A stretch of DNA of 40,005 bases from a virus (Duplodnaviria > Caudoviricetes). The notes under the pieces are model-generated. The model was not told where the DNA came from. It made no database searches and saw only the letters and a list, made by a program, of their open reading frames with translations. The position numbers and the translations under genes are program-made. The stretch is taken from IMG/VR virus record IMGVR_UViG_3300017645_000183, positions 1 to 40,005 of that record. The stretch is one strand, 5' to 3'. Each line of letters starts with the position of its first letter. Within the stretch, counting starts at the first letter, position 1. Of the stretch, positions 34,654 to 40,005 are shown piece after piece.

Positions 34654-36606
34654 TCAGCCGTGATCGGTACTTTTCGGCATGAAAGGGATGATGTCGGCGC
34701 CCTCCAGCAGGGCGACGCCGCGTGCAAAACGCTTCTCGAAATCGTCTTCCGGTGTGTCCGTGATCGCCGGCAGTGGCCGAGCTGCAGCACCACCGGTGGC
34801 GATGCGCTTGACCTTCGGCGGCATGGGCGCTGACGCGGCAGGTGCCTTGTCGGCGCCGTACAGCCTCGCTAACTGGTCGGCGGACATTTTGCGCGTGAGG
34901 CGCAGTTGCTCCTGGACAGCCTTCTGGTGGGCTTTCCGGTCGCGCTGATGGCTCCGCGCCGCCTCGGCATCGTCAAAGCCGGTCGCCTGGATGCAAGCGG
35001 CATCGCAGATGAAACGATCATCCAGCGTGTAGACCTTGATGCTGCCATGCAGACGATCGGGATCGAAACGCACGACGACCTTGTGGCCCGCATGCTCGTT
35101 CAGCTCGCGCGACCAGTAGCGATTGTCGTGGAAGCGGATTTCGCCGGAGCCCTTCTCGGCGCGGAGCACATCTGCAGCGAGCAGCCAAAGGGCACGCTGC
35201 GAAGGCGTCGGCCAGCGGACTATTGTCGCCGGATCGGCAAGGCTGGCCTCGAAGGTTTCCCGGAAGGAACGGCCGGCGCAGGATTTGGCGCGTCGCCCCG
35301 TCCGCTCGTTGTGATCTGCGATTTCGCTGGCGACATGCTCCCGGAACTCAGCGATCGGGATGGCGCGATTGCCGTAGTTCTCGGGTTTCGCATCCGGTCG
35401 ATTGCCCGTATAGGCCCCGGCGCAGAATGGGTGCTTGGCGATGTTATCGGCAAGGTCACGGAACGCGCGCTCAATAGGCTTGGCCTGACCGTGGTAGGGC
35501 GTGGTCCAGTGGACCGTGACGCCGAGCGTCGTGAGAATGCCGGCCGGGTCCTCGTCACGGATTTTGAACCGATAGCGGGTCTGCATCCGCCCGGTAATCC
35601 ACTTCGAGGCGAAGGCACGGCCGTTGTCGAGCCAGCAGGCATCCGGAATGCCGTAGCGTTCGATCATGTCGCCTATGACGAGACGAACAGTTTCCTTGTT
35701 CTCGCTGTCGGCCAGCCTCCAGGCGACGATCATGCCGGAGTACAGATCCTGCATCGCCACGAGTTGGACACGCGTGACACGGTCGTCATCGAGGCGCACG
35801 AACACGTCAAGTTTGTGCGCGTCCGCGTTGACGGCCTGCATGGCGCGGAAATGCGACCGGGTACGTGTCTGCGCCGGAAAGAGCCGTTTGGCCTTCTCCC
35901 GCCCCTCACGCGCCAGGGTGATGACACCGCGCGGCACCTCGAACTCGACGCGGCGGCGCAGTGCCCGCTCCGATGGAACCGGCAGCCAGCCGTTTTTCGA
36001 TGCGATCTTGCGCATGCGGCGGTAGCAGCTCGAAAAGCTCGGGCGCTCCGGACGCAACCAATCCGAGGTCAGCGCCTCCCAGGCAAGGCGGTGGCAGTCG
36101 GCATGGGATGCAGTCGCCTTGCTCGCGGGCGCCAGCGCAGGAAGCCAGTCCGCGCGATCGACACCTGCGACCAGCTTGCGCCAATTGTAGAGCGTAGCCC
36201 GTGAGATAGTCAGCCGATCGGCCGCGAGCTGGACCGCAACACGGGCAGCGCGGCCGGCCGCAAGGTATCGCTCGACCGTTTCCAGGGCGTCCAGGCGGCG
36301 GCGGCTCTCGGCCTTTTGCGAAGCCGAGAGAAGCTCAAAGCGCGCCCAGGCGTCCTTTGAGGCGGGCGATTGCACCGGCGCGCTGGTCGTTTCCATGGAC
36401 GCCGGATAAAGCAATGCAAGACGCGCCTGCGCACCGCCCGGAAGCGCATTTAGGTGGTACTCCCACCCGCGCTCGCCACGGCGCGCCAGCGTCCCGTTTG
36501 AACGCACGCTTCTGAAACGTTCATTGAAGCCTTGGACCGATCCGGGCAGCTCCGGCGACTTTGCCGCAACGATCTCGGCGGGGGTGAACCATTCGCGGGC
36601 GATCAT
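34654..36606 (-). CDS. A: MuA-like DDE transposase
   Basis: WFTPAEI...LPG N-terminal HTH; catalytic NADAHKLD / LDNGRAF / AKPIERAF; YTG....AKPENY; VVVRFDP C-terminal domain. Confidence 0.95.
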   Translation of the reverse strand: MIAREWFTPAEIVAAKSPELPGSVQGFNERFRSVRSNGTLARRGERGWEYHLNALPGGAQARLALLYPASMETTSAPVQSPASKDAWARFELLSASQKAESRRRLDALETVERYLAAGRAARVAVQLAADRLTISRATLYNWRKLVAGVDRADWLPALAPASKATASHADCHRLAWEALTSDWLRPERPSFSSCYRRMRKIASKNGWLPVPSERALRRRVEFEVPRGVITLAREGREKAKRLFPAQTRTRSHFRAMQAVNADAHKLDVFVRLDDDRVTRVQLVAMQDLYSGMIVAWRLADSENKETVRLVIGDMIERYGIPDACWLDNGRAFASKWITGRMQTRYRFKIRDEDPAGILTTLGVTVHWTTPYHGQAKPIERAFRDLADNIAKHPFCAGAYTGNRPDAKPENYGNRAIPIAEFREHVASEIADHNERTGRRAKSCAGRSFRETFEASLADPATIVRWPTPSQRALWLLAADVLRAEKGSGEIRFHDNRYWSRELNEHAGHKVVVRFDPDRLHGSIKVYTLDDRFICDAACIQATGFDDAEAARSHQRDRKAHQKAVQEQLRLTRKMSADQLARLYGADKAPAASAPMPPKVKRIATGGAAARPLPAITDTPEDDFEKRFARGVALLEGADIIPFMPKSTDHG

Positions 36607-37073
36607 CAGATCGACCTCCGAATGTGCACAGGGTGCGCCTCAAGCTTCTTGAGCTGTTCGTCCAGCTCTTTCTTCTTCTGGCGCAGCAGGGCCATTTCGG
36701 CCAACCGCGCCTCGTCGCCGATCAGCACGGTCAGGCCGTCGTCTTCAAAGGCGTGGTCGACAAGCCATAGCTGGCCGGTAGCCCTCACGAAAGCCTTGAA
36801 GGCAATCAGGCTGATGTCGTGTGTTTCATTGCTTTCGGCTGTGTAGTTGTTGAGCAGCGCCAGCGAGAACGTTGGTCGGTCGAGCGCGGTCGCCATGCGC
36901 TTGGCAACTTCGGCACGGTCGTGCGGACACTCCTTCAGCGCCTGGCTCATCGCCTTCTTGATCTTCGGGCGAAAGCCGGTCAGTTCCACGCGCTCGGGGC
37001 GCGGGCGGCTCGGGTAGACGGGCTGGTAGAACAGGTCGCCCTGCTCCTGATTATGGAAACGCCTCTTAGCCAT
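36606..37073 (-). CDS. Hypothetical DNA-binding early protein
   Basis: 155 aa; RAEVAKRM.......S...LNNYTAES..H.ISL; coupled to A. Confidence 0.72.
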   Translation of the reverse strand: MAKRRFHNQEQGDLFYQPVYPSRPRPERVELTGFRPKIKKAMSQALKECPHDRAEVAKRMATALDRPTFSLALLNNYTAESNETHDISLIAFKAFVRATGQLWLVDHAFEDDGLTVLIGDEARLAEMALLRQKKKELDEQLKKLEAHPVHIRRSI

Positions 37074-37980
37074 TCACGGCCTCAATCGCTTCGAAAATGG
37101 TGATCTGGTTGGGGTCGGGTTGTGCCTCCGCCTCGGCCATCAGCTCGGATGGCGTCGGCAGCTTGGTGCGCGGCGTCTTGACCGAAGCACCGATCTTTTC
37201 CAGGAACTTCGCCTTAGTCCTGTCGTCGGCGCGGCCCCAGGTTGCGACAAGGCGGTCTAGAATGATGTCCTGCGCGGACAGGCGCTGCTTCGCCTTGGCC
37301 GTGTCATCAGTGAGCTGCAACGCTTCCTTCAGGTCGTGCCCCTTGGAAACAGCGACAGCGACCTGCTGCTGCTTTCGTGCTTCAAGGCGCGCGAGTTGAA
37401 TGAGGCGACTTTGATTGTCCGCATCCGGTGTACCGCGTAGCTTGGAGCGGAGCTCTGGCGACAGGGACCTGCCGATGAACTGCGCTTTCTCGATCGCGCT
37501 GCGCGACAACCCCATGCGTTCTGAAACGTGTTGGAAGAAGTGAGACCGGGCGCTATCGCCGTCCAATTCCGTAAAGTTTACGGAATTGGCGAGCTCCGGG
37601 TTCCCCCGCGAGATTTCACCATGCTTTTCTTCGAACAGCTCGCGATACCGCGCCACGAATATGGCGCGGTCGAGGGCTGAAAGCTCGTTGCGGAACACGT
37701 TTTCCTCGATCTCGACCATTTGGCTGTCGAGCTTGTCGGCCTTTACAACGATGACCTCGATTTCGCGCCGACCAGCCAATTCACAGGCTCGGAAACGGTG
37801 AGCACCAGCAACCAAGGTGTAGGGGCGCGCGGCACGGGGAGTGGCTCGCACGGTAATCGGGTTGATCAGCCCGTTGCGAGCGATCGAATGGGAGATCATG
37901 AAAGCGTGGTCTTCCTCGACTTCGCGAAGGCGCTCCGGCACCAAAATCTTGTCGAGCGGAAGGGTTTTGAACTCAGCCAT
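37066..37980 (-). CDS. ParB-like protein (ParB/Srx N-domain + HTH)
   Basis: GLINPITVR, LVAGAHRFRA and EIEENVFRNELS motifs; HTH HVSERMGLSRSAIEK. Confidence 0.88.
   Translation of the reverse strand: MAEFKTLPLDKILVPERLREVEEDHAFMISHSIARNGLINPITVRATPRAARPYTLVAGAHRFRACELAGRREIEVIVVKADKLDSQMVEIEENVFRNELSALDRAIFVARYRELFEEKHGEISRGNPELANSVNFTELDGDSARSHFFQHVSERMGLSRSAIEKAQFIGRSLSPELRSKLRGTPDADNQSRLIQLARLEARKQQQVAVAVSKGHDLKEALQLTDDTAKAKQRLSAQDIILDRLVATWGRADDRTKAKFLEKIGASVKTPRTKLPTPSELMAEAEAQPDPNQITIFEAIEAVNG
37563..37589. repeat. Perfect 27-bp palindrome inside the parB-like gene
   Basis: CCAATTCCGTAAA-G-TTTACGGAATTGG. Confidence 0.92.
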
Positions 37981-38365
37981 GGGCCAGCTCCTTCCAGGAA
38001 AGCGGCGGCTCGCCCGTTTCGCCTTCAGCGGCGGCGTAACGATGCAAGGTCTCGATCACCTGCGCTTCCAGGAAGTCGAAGAACGCGGCGGTCTGTGGCC
38101 GTTCGGAGATTTCTTCCTCGGCGAGCTGCACTGCGTACATGACGGTCGTGCGATCGCGACCGAACAACTCGCCCGTCGAACGTTGCGCGACGCCGAGCCG
38201 AAACGTCATGTACATGCCGGCCTGACGAAACCAGGAGATGGTGAGATTGACGCGATCGCCGGCCAGCAATGCATGCGGCCGAATAGTCGGGAAGACCGCG
38301 CAGAGCACCTCGCAGACGGCGCGGTGGACGATTTCGGGCCGGTCGCAAACATATGGCACGGTCAT
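37973..38365 (-). CDS. DnaA C-terminal-like HTH protein
   Basis: RQAGMYM......STGELFGRDRTTVMYAV resembles the DnaA domain IV RQIAMYL / IG..FGGRDHTTV.HA signature. Confidence 0.75.
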   Translation of the reverse strand: MTVPYVCDRPEIVHRAVCEVLCAVFPTIRPHALLAGDRVNLTISWFRQAGMYMTFRLGVAQRSTGELFGRDRTTVMYAVQLAEEEISERPQTAAFFDFLEAQVIETLHRYAAAEGETGEPPLSWKELAHG

Positions 38366-38703
38366 CGTAGCGCCCCCAGGGATACGAGCCCGCAGACGAC
38401 TATGGCCGCGAGCACCAGGCCGACGATGAGGGCCGAAGCCATGGCTGCGCAGGCATCCGAGGCACTGGGCGGCGAAAAGGGGTTGATGTCGCGCCGTTGA
38501 TCAGGACGTTGGATTTCACCAGGAACGCTGGTGAAATCAGCCTGACGTTTCAACGTTGCATGCCGCAGTGGAGGCTGCAAATCTCTCTTTGCGATGGTCG
38601 CTGACCGCTGGCGAAACGACGCTTCTACTTGTCGCCGTGGGGCAGCAGCGGCGAGAGCAGCGATCATCGCACCACGGAGGGGGAAAAACATGGAACGCAT
38701 CAC
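38362..38703 (-). CDS. Hypothetical protein with C-terminal TM
   Basis: 113 aa overlapping both neighbours by 4 bp. Confidence 0.5.
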   Translation of the reverse strand: MMRSMFFPLRGAMIAALAAAAPRRQVEASFRQRSATIAKRDLQPPLRHATLKRQADFTSVPGEIQRPDQRRDINPFSPPSASDACAAMASALIVGLVLAAIVVCGLVSLGALR

Positions 38704-38993
38704 GCCGCGCTCCGCAGAGGGGCTTTGGATTTCGGACTCGCGCCCGCACCGGCGTATTTGCTAGAAAGAATCGTGGTCGACCGGATTGGATAGCGGTCAG
38801 GGAAGAGTTCCTCGACAGGGATGTTGAGAAACTTCGAAATGGCGGCTTCCGCCTTCCTTATTGGACGCTTCCAGACCTGTCGCCAGTAGCCGGAGCTATG
38901 ACCGTTGATTTCGGCCAGCTTCGTCAGCGTCATTTCACGCTGGTGGAGTGCGGCCAGGATCAGGTGCTGATCCCATTTCTGCGGTTTAGGCAT
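38700..38993 (-). CDS. ner: Ner-like transcriptional regulator
   Basis: WDQHLILAALHQREMTLTKLA...AEAAISKFLNIPVEELFPDRY is the Ner/Nlp signature; start likely at 38993. Confidence 0.88.
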   Translation of the reverse strand: MPKPQKWDQHLILAALHQREMTLTKLAEINGHSSGYWRQVWKRPIRKAEAAISKFLNIPVEELFPDRYPIRSTTILSSKYAGAGASPKSKAPLRSAA

Positions 38994-39002
38994 CGGTTTT
39001 TC

Positions 39003-39042
39003 CCGACTGAGAGAGGGGTGTTGGCGCATCCCCCTCGGTTGG
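39003..39042 (+). other. Long hairpin with UUGGCG loop, antisense to the ner leader
   Basis: CCGACTGAG/CTCGGTTGG and GGGGTG/CATCCC stems with three G-U pairs on the + strand; loop at 39021-39026. Confidence 0.5.
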
Positions 39043-39092
39043 TGTCGTAAGGTGCATTCGCTCCCCGCGATTGCGGGGTGCAAACGTAGATA

Positions 39093-39212
39093 TGAACGAA
39101 ATTTCGCTCACTTCAAGCGAAATTTCGTTCAAGAGGTGATTTGTGTCTGAAAACAGCGAGCTAGCTGATCGTTTGCGGGAGCTGATCGGGGATCAGAGTG
39201 AGCGAAATTTCG
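39093..39212. promoter_or_regulatory. Repressor operators (three CGAAATTTCG cores) in the divergent switch region
   Basis: Cores at 39097, 39118 and 39203; 39093-39108 and 39116-39131 form a perfect 16-bp inverted repeat. Confidence 0.75.
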
Positions 39213-39562
39213 CGCGAATCATCAACACCAGTCAGTCGACGCTGCGAAGCGTTCTCGGAGGGACACGGCCGTCCGTGGACTTCCTTGTAGCCGTCGCGAA
39301 GGGGACCAATGTCTCGGTCGATTGGCTGGTCGGGTTAGAAGGCGCTCAACGCCAGACTGGCGGCCAAGTGAATGCGCGGTATTTGGAAGTTGCTCTAGAG
39401 ATCGTCGAAGAGTGGTTGGACCAAGAAAACCGCACCATGGACGCTAAAAAGAAAGCGAACGTGGTAACGCAGATTTACCAATTCATAATTGACGATGCGG
39501 TTGAGGGGCATGAGCCGCTCGATCGGACCAGGATGCATCGCATCCTGCGCCTCGTAGCATGA
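39143..39562 (+). CDS. Prophage repressor (XRE HTH, no S24 peptidase domain)
   Basis: GTG start with a GAGGTG RBS; LADRLRELI...FARII..SQSTL...GTRPS...VSVDWLVG; divergent from ner. Confidence 0.85.
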   Translation: MSENSELADRLRELIGDQSERNFARIINTSQSTLRSVLGGTRPSVDFLVAVAKGTNVSVDWLVGLEGAQRQTGGQVNARYLEVALEIVEEWLDQENRTMDAKKKANVVTQIYQFIIDDAVEGHEPLDRTRMHRILRLVA

Positions 39563-39579
39563 TGTGAATTGGAGACGAC

Positions 39580-40005
39580 ATGGACTGGGGAGAAGGGCGG
39601 GCGGAGGAGCGTATAGCGTCGATCCGTAGGGCGATTCACGAAGACAGCAAGCCTCGCGGGAACCGACCGGCTTGGGATGGAGGAATAGCCAACAGTGTGT
39701 TCGTGCAAGGCGATCGGAACGTGCTGGCGCTGCTTTTCCCGAAGGATGGAGACCCGTCGATGACGTTAGGCAGCAAAGGCCGAGGCAACACCTTCAAAGG
39801 AGTGGATTGGAGCAAGGCGCCGCGCAATGCTCATTGGTGGGCTGTTGATCGGGATGGCAACGCACACTGGTTCTGTGCACCCAATGTCGCAGCCTTCACG
39901 GACTTCTGGTACTCGGAACCGCTTCTGGCGCCGGATTTCGGCTACCAGGGTGACTATCGTGACAGCCTGGTACAGCGTCCAGATCAAGAGGGAGGAAAGC
40001 CATGA
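39580..40005 (+). CDS. Hypothetical protein, likely co-transcribed with the repressor
   Basis: GGAG RBS; C-terminal half VDWSKAP..AHWWAVDRDG.AHW...SL..RP resembles a small phage domain. Confidence 0.65.
   Translation: MDWGEGRAEERIASIRRAIHEDSKPRGNRPAWDGGIANSVFVQGDRNVLALLFPKDGDPSMTLGSKGRGNTFKGVDWSKAPRNAHWWAVDRDGNAHWFCAPNVAAFTDFWYSEPLLAPDFGYQGDYRDSLVQRPDQEGGKP

Larger units (their letters stand above)
1..40005. mobile_element. Mu-like transposable prophage (Mu-type early and head genes, P2-type contractile tail); ends not in window
   Basis: MuA DDE transposase, MuB ATPase, Ner, GemA, Mor/C-like activator, gp25-gp29, MuF, protease I and gp36 lie in near-canonical Mu order, followed by a P2-like tail. 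No integrase is present. Confidence 0.96.

Noticed and set aside
1-40005. Phage ends (TG...CA, MuA binding sites), gam, com/mom and gin
   Set aside because: The window starts and ends at gene boundaries, so the ends are outside it; no ORF with recognisable Gam, Com, Mom or Gin motifs was found.

Overview
The whole window is the interior of a Mu-like (transposable) temperate prophage from a GC-rich host. An alphaproteobacterium such as a Rhizobiales member is inferred from the gene families, not proven. Almost all genes are on the minus strand. Reading right to left: a divergent XRE repressor / Ner-like switch; an early operon (DnaA-C-like HTH, ParB-like protein, transposase A, ATPase B, DUF3164, DUF2786, GemA, Mor/C-like activator, SNase); a lysis and packaging operon (GH24 endolysin with C-terminal TM, 3TM holin, TraR/DksA zinc finger, gp25-gp29, MuF with a C-terminal BECR-like extension); a Mu-type head; and a P2-type contractile tail (V, W, J, I, DUF4815 protein, fibre, sheath, tube, frameshifted chaperone, tape measure, U, X, D). 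A D12-class adenine methyltransferase sits at the mom position. The TG...CA phage ends lie outside the window. The most interesting non-coding signals are: (i) a perfect four-way-junction RNA fold antisense to the methyltransferase leader, with a UUGGCG loop that recurs in a hairpin antisense to the ner leader; (ii) a compact structured element directly behind the MuF-RNase-like gene, a candidate RNA antitoxin; (iii) a perfect 27-bp palindrome inside the parB-like gene, a candidate self-encoded parS; (iv) an 18-bp motif in front of all three late operons; and (v) three in-phase repressor operators. All family calls come from motif recognition by eye, with no database searches.
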